From: Ylistrum balloti
Taxonomy: Eukaryota
Direction: 5' to 3'
DNA: 64,000 bases
Assembly: GCF_031769215.1 (NCBI RefSeq)
Contig: NW_026781862.1
Coordinates: 620,001-684,000 of the forward strand
Part shown: positions 52,932-64,000 of the stretch, in pieces
Position numbering within the stretch: position 1 is the stretch's first letter
How the letters are laid out: every line of letters begins with the position of its first letter
The notes under the pieces: model-generated
Seen by the model: the letters and a program-made list of their open reading frames with translations, nothing else
The model's database searches: none
Told to the model about the DNA's origin: nothing
Position numbers and translations under genes: made by a program

Positions 52932-55900
52932 ATGGAACGGTTGAACCTGATAAACAAACGCGGCCCACGTCATCCCGAAGGAGGCTTGAAAATGGCCGTC
53001 CCAGCAGACGTTCTGTCACCCTTTAAGACTGGAATGAAGTCCTACCATCACACGCTTAAGAGAGTTATTAAGTCTCTAAGAGAAGATGATACATCCGCTC
53101 TGGAAAGAGTTTTCTATAACTTTATCATGTCACTGATTGTTACCATAGTATTTTCTAGCATCACGATGACTGCACTTTGTGGCAATTATTTTTTCTTCGC
53201 AAATAGAGGTTAGTTAAAATTAGTGACTTGTTAAATTATACACCTAAATCTTTACTTAATATATATGTAACCCTGGTAAATACTACCAGAAATATACCGC
53301 TCAGCTAGAGAGAACTTCTCTTTGGCTTGATCGGTTGATCATCAGACATGTAGTAGCTGATCAGTATTGCCTACGTATACCAAAATGTATTTTGTAAAGC
53401 TGTCCTTCCTGTACTTTTTTTCCAAAAGTCATGATAAAGTAAAGCATTTCACTATTTTCTTACTAATTAACTTTTTGCATCAGTTTTTCCTGATTACCTG
53501 ATTCATTCATCACACACACACGCACACACGCACGCACGCACGCACACACACGCACACACGCACGCACACACGCACGCACGCACACACACACACATAACAA
53601 AAAATATGTAAAGGATGGGAAAATTTAGGATAAGGGAGAGTTCCACTTTACCTTGGACATAGTAAATATATATGATAGAATAAAGGTTAAACTAGTAGAA
53701 GACTTGAGTGTGAAATTTCCATGACTACACAGTCATCTTTATGGAGAGTACTAGCACTGGTGTACATAGAGTATGAGCTGCTAAGGAATTGACCATCTTT
53801 TTTGGCTGTACTTTAATTTTATGTACACCAAGGTAAAAAATCGTGTGACAAGATGGTAAACAGATTATAGACCGAAAAATTCACAAGATAATAACAATGT
53901 CATAGACCTTGCAAAAAGTGTTCATGATACTAAACAGATCAGGAGTTCATTATACATGGCAGTGTTTGTTTTCACCAACACACCAACTGACAAAGCACAT
54001 GGTATCAGTCGGTGCCGCCTAGAGCAAGACTGGTCATGGTGAAAGAATACCAGTCTCCATATCCAAGACCTCATGGATTTATTAGAATTTGTGCTTACAA
54101 TAACATACTCTGCCTTCCAAAATACTATATATCAGCAATGGTTTGGCACAGCCATGGGCAGCCCAGTGCCTCCAGTTGTGTCCAACTCATTCCTGGAGTA
54201 CTTGAAAGAAGAGGCTATAGTTACAGCTGCTGTAGAATTTGCAAGCCCAGTCTGTTGAAGCAGTATGTTGATGACATATTGGAATTAGTCAAAAAAGGAT
54301 CACAAAAGGATTTAACTAAGCATATCCATACTGTAGATACTACCAACAGCATCAAATTCACATGTAGGGAGGAAATTGATGGCACTACCCCATTCCTGGA
54401 AACCCTTCTAGTAAAGAAAGGTGATAGTACAATCAAAGCATTGATCTATAGGCAAAAGACATGCACTGACCAAAACCTCAATTTCCGATTGCACCACCCC
54501 TTACACCAGAAGTCAGGCATTGTACGAATGTTGCTGAACAGTTAGAGACCGTTGTCGCAGAGGAAAAAGACAAGAAACAAGAACAAAAATCACATCCATG
54601 GCACCATGAAAACATGTGGATACCCTGATTGGGCAATCTAGAAATTTAACTTTTTGATGAAAGCAAGAAGACTTAGAGATGAATCAACAAAGAAAAGAAC
54701 AAATTGAAAGGACAAGAAGTCATACCTTACATCAAAGGATTGTAAGAAACCGTTTAGAGAATTTACCACAAGATATTTCCACAGCCATTTCTAACACACC
54801 CAATGAAAATGTTGCAAGAATGCGTATACAAAATTGGATGCAATAATTGCAATGCATCATATATCAGAGAAACAGGCAGGAGATTAAGGGTACAACTTGA
54901 TGAACATCAGATAAATACAGTATCTCAAGATGGCAAAAAATTCACTAGATTAGAATGGAAATGTTCTCAGTCCGAGATCAATAAATCAGCACTCACAGAT
55001 AATTCAGCAAAAGAATATCATTGACTGGGAAAATCCCAAAACAGTCAACAGAGAAAACAGCTTGGCTACTGGTTTAAGAAGCCATCTTGATACTCCACAG
55101 CAGGTCAGTACTAAACAGAGATGATGGAAGCTACAGACTCTTGCACATCTATCACCAATTGCAAGTGTTAAACAAAGCCTAGCCGAATTAACTGTAGTAC
55201 ATTGTTACCATCTGATGTATTTTTTTTGGTCTTTAATCTGTTAACCATCTTGTCATGCTTTTTTTGACCTTAGTGTACATAGGATTATAGTACAGCCGAA
55301 AATGTTGGTTGATTAATACCATCTCGTACACTACATACATCAGTGCTAGACCTAAATGGTGGTTTTGTGATAATTATTGAATTAGTATACTGCCTAACAC
55401 ATTCAACAAATACATATCAAAGATATCATTGTGATATGATTTCCTAATTACCAGTAATTTGAGAATGCAAAAACGTAATTTTTAATAAGGTAAAGATCAA
55501 ACAGTTATCAACAAAATAATTTTTCTTTAATATTGATGATTGAAATTTGTATTTTAGAACTGCATGTCTGTAGAATTGATTAATGTGAATATCAATCATT
55601 TTAATTTGCACATGAGAACAACAGTACATTGCACAGCTGATAGTTGGCATTGTCCATTTGCAATTGAATCAATAATCAAGAAGTGGAATTTGAAAGACGT
55701 CGGTAAGGCATTCATCTTACTGATAGCAGTACCACAACCGCATGAATAGAAATCTTCTTGGCTTTCTGATCGGAAACTCACCACAGGAAGATAAAGTAGG
55801 AATAAAACAATAGAGTTCTCTACTATGTTTGATTTAAACAAATGCATCACCAGTGCGTTTTATATTCTTTGCGTGTATACTTGTTTATTTTTTATCTACT

Positions 55901-58900
55901 AGGTTTCTTCTTTACTGTAGCATTTGTTTCACCGTTTGTAAATTGCTCATATCCCCAACTAATTTTCTCAAAAAATAACGAATCTTTGAATCTTTGGGTT
56001 TCATAATTATCTTCACACCATTTGGCAACTCCTTGGTTTGTAGCTGACATAGTCACTTTTATTGGCTGTGAAAAGCTAGTTCATAGAGACAGGCATGTAA
56101 ATTGTGCAGCACAGGCCAATATTGATGGTTGATTAATATCAATTTGTAAAAGCAAAAGAGATCTCTCACTTCAGGCACATGATAAACACTATTATATCAC
56201 AATGCATTCAATCTCAGCAAGTGTTGATATCAGTTAAGTTTAAATTGTTCCTTAAAATGCTTGAAAAATCTAAAATGCTTAAAATATTGACAAAACAATT
56301 TTTACAGTGTATTATTTTTTCTCAGTACAATTGTTCCTATTTATTCTGTTTGTCAAATCTGTATTATACAATTATGCAATAAGAAGGTATTATATGTACA
56401 TTTGAAAGTTGGTCCAGTTGGCAATTACAATAACCTTACTTTTAGGGTCACCTGAGACAAAATCTCATGGTGACTTATTCTAATACCCTAAATCTGGCGT
56501 CGTGTGTTGTGCGTCATGCAGTGTGCATCCGTAAACTTTAACACTTTCGACTTCTTTTCAAAAAACCCTTGATCCAAATTCAATATCATTTTGCAGAAAC
56601 CTTCCCTGGCCTAAAATGAACCAAAATTGCGAATGATACAGTCCCCACCTCCCAAGGGCCTGAGAGGCAGGGCCAAAAGTGTCAAAATAACTCACATTTC
56701 AAAAATCATCTTCTCAACACTCAGATATGGTAGAATCAAATACTCTTCATAAATGGAAGCATCTGAAGGTGCTTTCCCAAAATTGTGAATTTAATGGCCC
56801 CAGGGTCTCACGTTTTCCAGTGGGGAGGGTAGTAGTACTTTTCTGTTACAATGAATAAATAAAAGGAAAAAGAAATAAAATCTGTCACAACTGATGTTAA
56901 ACCTAAAATGAATTGATTGTTACCTAAGCAAATACAATTCAAAAACTAAATTTACATAAACAATGACATTGCTTTAAAGAAGGATCTTGATGTATGCAGT
57001 ATTTTTGCAGAATAAAGTTGTCTTGTTCATATTGATCTTGGAGTTATATTAAGAAAATTTGAGCTAGAATATTTTTTAAGATTCAAGTTCACCACTAAAA
57101 GATAATTAATTGATAGTTCTGCGACTTCGGTTTCATATCATATAGAGGAAAAACTTATTACAACTCATAATTTTGCTTATATTACAGAGAACAGTTTTCT
57201 AGTAAAAAAGCTGAATGTTTTGAGTGAAACAGAAACATCTGTCAGATTACAATGGACACAGCCAGAATTAAGAGCTGAAAGGTATGAAGTCAACATCATC
57301 AGTACTGAACTTTACATTGATGAAGCCTTTGAAGTAGATGCATGGACAAAGACCTCTGAAATCCTAGGCCGACTGACCACTGGTGGCCAGTACTTGTTTA
57401 GTGTGACATCATTTGTTACTTATGAAGATGGACAGGAAAGCCCACTAAAATCTGAGGAGATCAAAATCACGATGAGTATGTATCACTGAGCCTTTTTGTA
57501 ACTGCTTTTTGTTGGAGAGGGCGTGTTGTGGCAAGCAAATTTAAATTCATCCTGCTTTATCTTTTTCTGTTCCACATGCTTCACTACACACTTCTGTAGA
57601 TATTGGGCATTTTGCTGTACAGATGGCTGTTGTGTACTCAACATCTTTCAGTCAAAATATCTCTAGTGTATAAGCCACAAAAAATTTGAGCTATCACTTC
57701 TATTGAGTTCTTAAAAGATTTTGAAATAAAGTCTTATAAAAGGTGAATTACTTGTGTAGGAATTTGGTTTGTGATTCCTGGTATAACTGTCTAAAATAAG
57801 AATTCACCATGATCAAGTTTCTATTCTGTGATGCCCTTGGTTCATATATCAACTATGATATACCTCCCAACTTAGCAGTAAAGAGGGTAGACACAGTGTA
57901 TAGATTACGTAACCTGTTTTAAGCCCTGCATGTCTCAAGGGAGTCAACAAAAGTTTGTGTTCAGTGCAAGATATATCATGATTCCCTCAACAGATTTATT
58001 TCATTTTCTCTCCAAATCAGAAGTTACACTTCACTGTCTTCAATTCACAGGGATCATGTATGTGATCTGTAGATAAATTCTAACTGATAGCTAAGCAATA
58101 GCAAATATTCTGTAGCAAGCATGTATGTTACTTGTATAGATTTAAACTATACATGAACATACTATATGTATGTCTAAGTCTGATTGTAAACATTCCTTTT
58201 TTTTCCCCATTTCCAGGACCTTCAGCACCAGGTCCAATAGATAAACACAAGAGTCTTGTTTCCGGAGCACATGTAGAGCTGATTTGGGAGGCATCACCAG
58301 GATATGTAGAGAGTTATAGTGTTGTTTTGAAGGACTGTTACGGAGATGTGGTAACCTCAGTAATGACAGAATCAACACATCTGACCATATCACTTGACAA
58401 GCATAGACTTTCTACAGCTTATGCAGTAGAGATTTGTTCACTCTCACATGGAGAAAAAAGTGAACCTCAAACACATACCCTACGAATGAAAGGTCAGTGT
58501 TGCATTAAGGGGCATGGGGACATATACCAGTATATCCATTTCCTGTCTTTAAGAAATAGATACTTAGTTTATAATTGATCTTATTATATCCTGAACTGTT
58601 TGCAAGGTTTTCATTTCTGTTGAAAAGCATGACCTTGATGATAGAAGTTATTGATGAAAGAAGAGTTCAGGTCATTTCTTCATCTTTTTAAGTTTCAAAA
58701 TGCACAGTTTCGTGATAAATTTGCAGATTCTGATCTGAGCATTCAAGACCTTCTTGTAACAACACAGGACAGTACGTCTGCTACACTTGAGTGGAAACAT
58801 CCAGTATATATACCTGTACAGAGGTATGAAGTTCACAGGTCTCTAGCTCATTCAAGCGAAGTAAATATCATCAAAATTGCAGCAAACAGAATGCAACATT

Positions 58901-61900
58901 TCGTGACAGATCTTATGCCTGGACAAGCCTACAGATTCAAGGTGATATCAGTCCTACCAATGCAGTGTGGAAAAGAGAGAATTGTACAGTCGCAAGATGT
59001 CTCTGTCACAACACGTAAGCTGATGTTTACTATGTATGAACTAAGATATTCCTGAAATGATATTTTTTCGTCCCTTAAATTTGCTGTAACCTGTATATTT
59101 CTCCAAATAATTGACTTCCACACATCTTAAGTAATTACGGTAAATGTGTTGATTTTTAGGTCACCTGAGACAAAGTATCATGGTGACCTATTGGGATCAC
59201 CTTCATCATTGGTTGTACGTTGTACGTCTGTAAACAATTAAACATTTACAACTTCTCAAAAACCCCAGTACCGATTTCAATAAAATTTTGCAAAAATCTT
59301 CCCTGGCCAAAGATTAAACAAAATAGTAAATTATATGGTCCCCACCCAACGGGTAATTTGTTTTTATTAATTTCAATTTTTAAGCATAATTTGTTTAATT
59401 ATTTCCCATTTAAACTTGGTTAGAATAAATCACACAGGATATGATAGTTATGTAATTCACATTTTGAATTTGCTTAGCATTCTGACTTCTTGTTCATCTT
59501 GCATTAGAATTGTGTGCTAACTTTTTTCACTTTTGCAGGTTTTGTACAATACTATGTACATGGGTTCATAACACCAAATTCTTGAATAATATTTTCTGCA
59601 ATAATTCATTTGATATAAAGAACAAAAGCAGAAGAGATGATTTGGCATGTAAAACATGAAAAAAAAATTCAAATAAATGTACTTACTAGACAGGATCAGT
59701 TTGGTTGAGGTAGTCATTGTACAGTGTGTATGTATCGAGACATAAACTTTAAATTTAGAAATTGTATATGTATTAGTTTACGGTTTCTCCTTGTTGATAT
59801 AAGTTTTTGAATTTTCTGCATCCATTTGAACATACCTTATGAAATGACAAATTTATCATAATTACCTTGACGAAGCCCTCTCACAGGCAAAACTTGACAA
59901 CATGTACAAATATTGTAAAACGAACTAAAGCACCGCTAACGGAGGATGTCAGGTTGAGATTGTAGCTCTATGTTTATATGTCTAAGTCATAAGACAATCA
60001 CTTTACATACTTCGAGGTATCCACACAAAGATGATCTAGTACAAAACCGCTAAAAAAAGCATTTGGTCCTAAATTCCCCCCTAGCTAGAAGTTTACTTGT
60101 TGGGGTTTGAGAGATATTGTGTTTGTGTATAATCACCATTGACCAGAGATTGTTAAGGATTACAGGCCAAGTATTGGTCCTAAATTCCCCCCTAGCTAGA
60201 AGTTTACTTGTTGGGGTTTGAGAGATATTGTGTTTGTGTATAATCGCCATTGACCAGAGATTGTTAAGGATTACAGGCCAACTATTGACACTGCACCATC
60301 TGCATGTGATTTTCATTTTGGGTAAAGTTTCACTAGAGGTGTTGGATTGCTTAAGCATATCATAATTTGTTATAGATCTATTTCAGTTTTTAGGGGAAAG
60401 TGTTTAGTCATACTTTGAACTAGGTTTTCATAATTCTAGATTGAATAAATTTCAATGTACTTAGGTCTGTAAGTGTGCACTAGTTCATGTATATTTACCA
60501 TAATTTCCACACATTGAGCTGGCTAAATAAAAATAAGAGTGGAATTATTTTAGCTCTTTATTGCTTGGTGTAAAGTCTGTTAATTATCTATCTATCCATC
60601 TGTTAATCCACATTTCAGGTCATATGACTCGCCATCTTTGCCATCTTAAAAAAAAAATCAATTAAGATTTATCATAATATCCGAAAGGTGAGTTGAAGAG
60701 GAGATGGCCTGGTCGCGAGTTCAAAATGCCAGCTATTGCAACCATTTCGGAACATGGTTGTGCAGCTGTGTGGTTGGACTCATGAAATTTTGCTCACTGT
60801 TGCATGGAATGACATATAAATGGTCCTGCACCATATTACAGGCTTATGAAGCAGTCAGTTTTGGTATCTGTGAAAACTTTCTTGCATCTCGCTGTAACAC
60901 ATTTATGACTGACATTAATATATGATAAAATTGTTGTTTTTACAGGCCCTGCAATGCCAGGTATGGTTGATAGAGAGAAAAGCACCATCAAATCTACATC
61001 AATGGAGTTGATATGGCAAGCTTCAGAGGGTGTTGTGGATAGGTATATTGTTAAAATAGCAAGTGACTCTCCATTTAGAGAAGAATATGAGACAAATACT
61101 CCTTCTGTGGTTATAAAGAATCTAGAAGTAAATACCCGATACCAGTTAGATATCTATGCTGTCAGTGGTGAGGTGATGAGTGAGCACAAAACTGAAGTGT
61201 TGAAAACAAAAGACATAGAAGGTGAGTTCATTTCATATTTTGTTTTCTTCATATAAACGTTAATTCTATAAACACATAGTTCTGTTTGAGAAAACTTCAC
61301 ATCCAATTTGTCTATATTCCATGATGTATGATTGTATGTCACTATTTGTTTTGTTTATCTTAATAAATGTTACGTTACCAATACTTTTGCACCAGACATC
61401 AGCTTAGAATGGGTCGAGATGGGATGTAAACATTTTACCTAAAGTAGACAATGTCTGATAAATAACAGTGTTGGACTTTCCTGGAATGTGCAGCTGTCGG
61501 GTATATGTATCACAAGAATCCTGTGTATGAAAATTCAGCTACACACTTGTAGTAGAAATAAAGTCTTGTACTGCTTGGTCGGAGTTATCATAGTCTTTTA
61601 GACTCGTAGTTGGACAACAAAAAAATGTGCTCACTCTTGTATATCTAGACACTTTGTAAAATGATTAAATTCAATGCCAAAACATTCATGCACCAGTCTT
61701 CAGATCAATCAGGATCAATTTGGACAACAAATTGTTATTCCGTTATTCTGTTATACTTTTTAAGTTTGTGACTTTGACTGTGCAATGTCCTCAGATGGAA
61801 TAGGTCCCAAGTCTGTAGTGTGGTCTTGGAACTAGTTGTAAGACTAAGATTAATCAGATCATCCAATATTGAAATTTATTAATTTTGTTGAATTGTGTGG

Positions 61901-64000
61901 CTACTACACCTCGTCATCTAGTTTTGGACAATTTCTTTTGACCAGTTTCTGTTTTCCTTGGCGATCTCTTAGGTTTGTAAAAAATAGAAGCAGTATGAAG
62001 CAGTCTAGCTCTGAATTATTGAAAAGTGCTGTTCACTTACGTGTTTTTTTTTGAAAAGTGCTGTTCACTTATGTGTCTTTTTAGCCCACCATCATCAGAT
62101 GGTGGGCTATTCAAATCGCCCTGCATCCGTCGTCCGTCCGTCCGTTCGTCCGTAAACAATTCTTGTTACTGCTATTTATGGAAAAGCACTAGATGGATCT
62201 TTCTTAAATTTCATATGCATGTTACCCTCGGTCCCTAGTTATGCAGTATACCTTTTTTGGACTAATTCGAATTCAAGATGGCTGACAGGTGGCCATCTTG
62301 GAGTTTGAAAGTAAAAGTTTGTTACTGCTATTTCTTGGAAAGTACTGGATGGATCTTTCTCAAATTTCATATGCAGTTTCCCCTTGATCCCTAGTTGTGC
62401 ATTGTACCTGTGTTGGACTGATTCGAATTCAAGATGGCTGACAGTCGGCCATCTTGGATTTTGGAAGTAAAAGTTTGTTACCGCCATTTCTTGGAAAGTA
62501 CTGGATGGATCTTTCTCAAATTTCATATGCAGTTTCCCCTTGATCCCTAGTTGTGCATTGTACCTGTGTTGGACTGATTCGAATTCAAGATGGCTGACAG
62601 TCGGCCATCTTGGATTTTGGAAGTAAAAGTTTGTTACCGCCATTTCTTGGGAAGTACTGGATGGATCTTTCTCAAATTCCATATGCAGGTTCCCCTTGTG
62701 CCTTGTCCCTAGTTGTGCATTGTACCTTTTTTGGACAGATGCAAATTCAAGATGGCCGCCAGGCAGCCATCTTGGAGTTTGAAAGTAAAAGGTTGTTACC
62801 GCCATTTCTTGGAAAGTACTGGATGGATCTTTCTCAAATTTCATATGCAGTTTCCCCTTGATCCCTAGTTGTGCATTGTACCTTTTTTGGACTGATTCGA
62901 ATTCAAGATGGCAGACAGGCAGCCATCTTGGATTTTGGAAGTAAAAGTTTGTTACCGCCATTTCTTGGGAAGTACTGGATGGATCTTTCTCAAATTCCAT
63001 ATGCAGGTTCCCCTTGTGCCTTGTCCCTAGTTGTGCATTGTACATTTTTTGGACAGATGCAAATTCAAGATGGCCGCCAGGCAGCCATCTTGGAGTTTGA
63101 AAGTAAAAGGTTGTTACCGCTATTTCTGGGAAAGTACTGGATGGATCTTTCTCAAATTTCATATGCAGTTTCCCCTTGGTCCCTAGTTGTGCATTGTACC
63201 TTTTTTGGACTGATCCGAATTCAAGATGGCCGCTTGTTGGCCTTCTTTTATTTTAAAAAGAAAAATTTGGTACCGCTATTTCTGAGAAAGTACTGGATGG
63301 ATCTTTGTCAGATTTCATAGGTATTGGTTTCCCTTGGTCCCTAGTTGTGCATTGTACCTTTTTTGGACTGATTTGAAATCAAGGTGGCCCACAGGCAGTC
63401 TTCTTGGATGTCGACAGTAATACAGCACTAGCATATTTTCTTCGATATTCTATCATATTGATTCAAGACCATGTCCATTATCCACCTGTAACTGTATCTA
63501 ATAATACTTTGGGATCTTTTTCAAATGATATTTGCTAATAGGTGCTTAATAAAAACATCTTGTGCCATCATTGAGTACATTCAATGAAGACCAGTTCATG
63601 AACATTTACAACACCTGTAACAAAAAAAATAAACAAATCTTCAAGAACTGAAAACAGATCCTCAAATGGTGGGCGCCCAGATCCCTCTGGGATCTCTAGT
63701 TTTTGAAAAGTGCTGTTCACTTATGTGTCTTTTTTTTGAAAAGTGCTGTTCACTTATGTGTCTTCCAGAGAGCCCTGATAAAGGCATAAACATAAGTAAA
63801 TTAACACTATCTTGATATTCCAGTCTCTTGGGGATGCTTAACCATGGCCATGGCTACAGGATCATTAGCTGGGATTGGTGTTGTTTCATTAGCACCTATT
63901 CTTGGAGCTGTAGGATTTGGTGCTGCTGGAATAGGTAAAGGCACTTTGGCAGCAGCATGGATGTCTTCCTATGGTGGAACAGTAGCATCTGGAAGTCTGT
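52932..64000 (+). CDS. Putative TM + 4x fibronectin type III + IFI27/IFI6 (ISG12)-like protein, join(52932..53208,57188..57475,58217..58492,58727..59014,60946..61221,63824..>64000), 3'-partial
   Basis: Four symmetric phase-1 FN3 exons (288/276/288/276 nt) with W, Y and LxxGxxY hallmarks and GT-AG boundaries. The upstream exon has a hydrophobic stretch and a phase-1 donor (AGAG|GTTAGT). The final exon reads LGAVGFGAAGIGKGTLAAAWMSSYGGTVASGSL. FN3 exons are high confidence; the first exon and the fusion are moderate. Confidence 0.72.
53512..53594. repeat. (CA)n/(CACG)n compound microsatellite
   Basis: Read directly. Confidence 0.95.
53940..55150 (+). mobile_element. Decayed Penelope-like retroelement (reverse transcriptase + GIY-YIG endonuclease) in intron 1 of the FN3 gene
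   Basis: Frameshifted motifs LLEFVL..TY..FQ..YQQ.FGTAMGSPV.PVVSN, YVDD, IKFT..E...PFL, TDQNLNF..HHP, GYPDW, CVYKIGCNNCNASYIRETGRRL...EH, KSAL, IDWENPK. Confidence 0.9.
56440..56900 (+). mobile_element. HINE-like repeat fragment (TCACCTGAGAC family)
   Basis: TTTTAGGGTCACCTGAGACAAAATCTCATGGTGACTTATT followed by a GCGTC/GTGC tract. Confidence 0.65.
59155..59450 (+). mobile_element. HINE-like repeat fragment (TCACCTGAGAC family)
   Basis: TTTTTAGGTCACCTGAGACAAAGTATCATGGTGACCTATT; internal similarity to the 56440 copy (CTTCCCTGGCC.AA.AT.AA.CAAAAT). Confidence 0.65.
60063..60291. repeat. 111-bp tandem duplication (2 copies)
   Basis: TTGGTCCTAAATTCCCCCCCTAGCTAG... at 60063 and 60174. Confidence 0.95.
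62020..63768 (+). repeat. Four copies of TTGAAAAGTGCTGTTCACTTA[C/T]GTGT(C), two on each side of the HINE; the last ends in a splice acceptor (TCTTCCAG, 63768)
   Basis: Copies at about 62020, 62051, 63703 and 63736. Confidence 0.9.
62079..63700 (+). mobile_element. Apparently complete HINE/Helentron-type non-autonomous element with an internal 150/156-bp satellite (about 8 units)
   Basis: 5' hairpin AGCCCACCATC-ATCA-GATGGTGGGCT, (CGTC)n tract, central 150/156-bp repeats, 3' subTIR ATGGTGGGCG, palindrome AGATCCC-TCT-GGGATCT, terminal CTAGT. Inserted in a T run without a TSD. Confidence 0.85.
63824..64000 (+). CDS. Exon encoding an interferon alpha-inducible protein 27/IFI6-like (ISG12) domain, runs off window
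   Basis: VSWGCLTMAMATGSLAGIGVVSLAPILGAVGFGAAGIGKGTLAAAWMSSYGGTVASGSL matches the ISG12 pattern GF..AGI..G..AA..MS..GG.V..GSL. In-frame ATG at 63844 (ACCATGG). Absent from the ORF track. Confidence 0.85.

Noticed and set aside
62239-63320. 307-aa and 149-aa ORFs with 50/52-aa repeats
   Set aside because: Internal 150/156-bp satellite of a non-autonomous HINE; no transposase or helicase motifs.
1-64000. tRNA, rRNA or snRNA genes
   Set aside because: No cloverleaf with intact A/B boxes or rRNA-like stretch seen by eye; tRNAscan-SE or Infernal would be needed to exclude small ncRNAs.

Overview
AT-rich, intron-containing eukaryotic DNA. Repeat families and gene types point to a bivalve mollusc, probably scallop-like (inference). 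Genes assembled by hand from splice signals and phase: (1) an intronless RING-less B-box/coiled-coil/beta-propeller TRIM-like gene (minus, 827-2404); (2) MED19 (plus, 6 coding exons, 4565-10919); (3) TANGO2 (plus, 7 coding exons, 19621-25085); (4) a 3-exon, 164-aa minus-strand gene (32735-36591) encoding only a FAR1/ZSWIM3-N-type CCHH DNA-binding domain, missed by the ORF track and probably a domesticated Mutator transposase fragment; (5) a 324-aa single-coding-exon uncharacterised ORF (42980-43954); (6) a plus-strand gene with a putative N-terminal TM segment and four FN3 exons that splice in phase into an IFI27/IFI6 (ISG12)-like domain running off the window end (52932-64000), an architecture I do not recognise. 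Also present: a decayed Sola2-like transposase, a decayed Penelope-like retroelement, several Helentron-associated (HINE-like) elements and MITEs, about 15 tandem arrays (several copied from stop codons or splice sites), and a 188-N gap. No rRNA, tRNA or CRISPR array is supported. No database searches were run; family names come from motif recognition.
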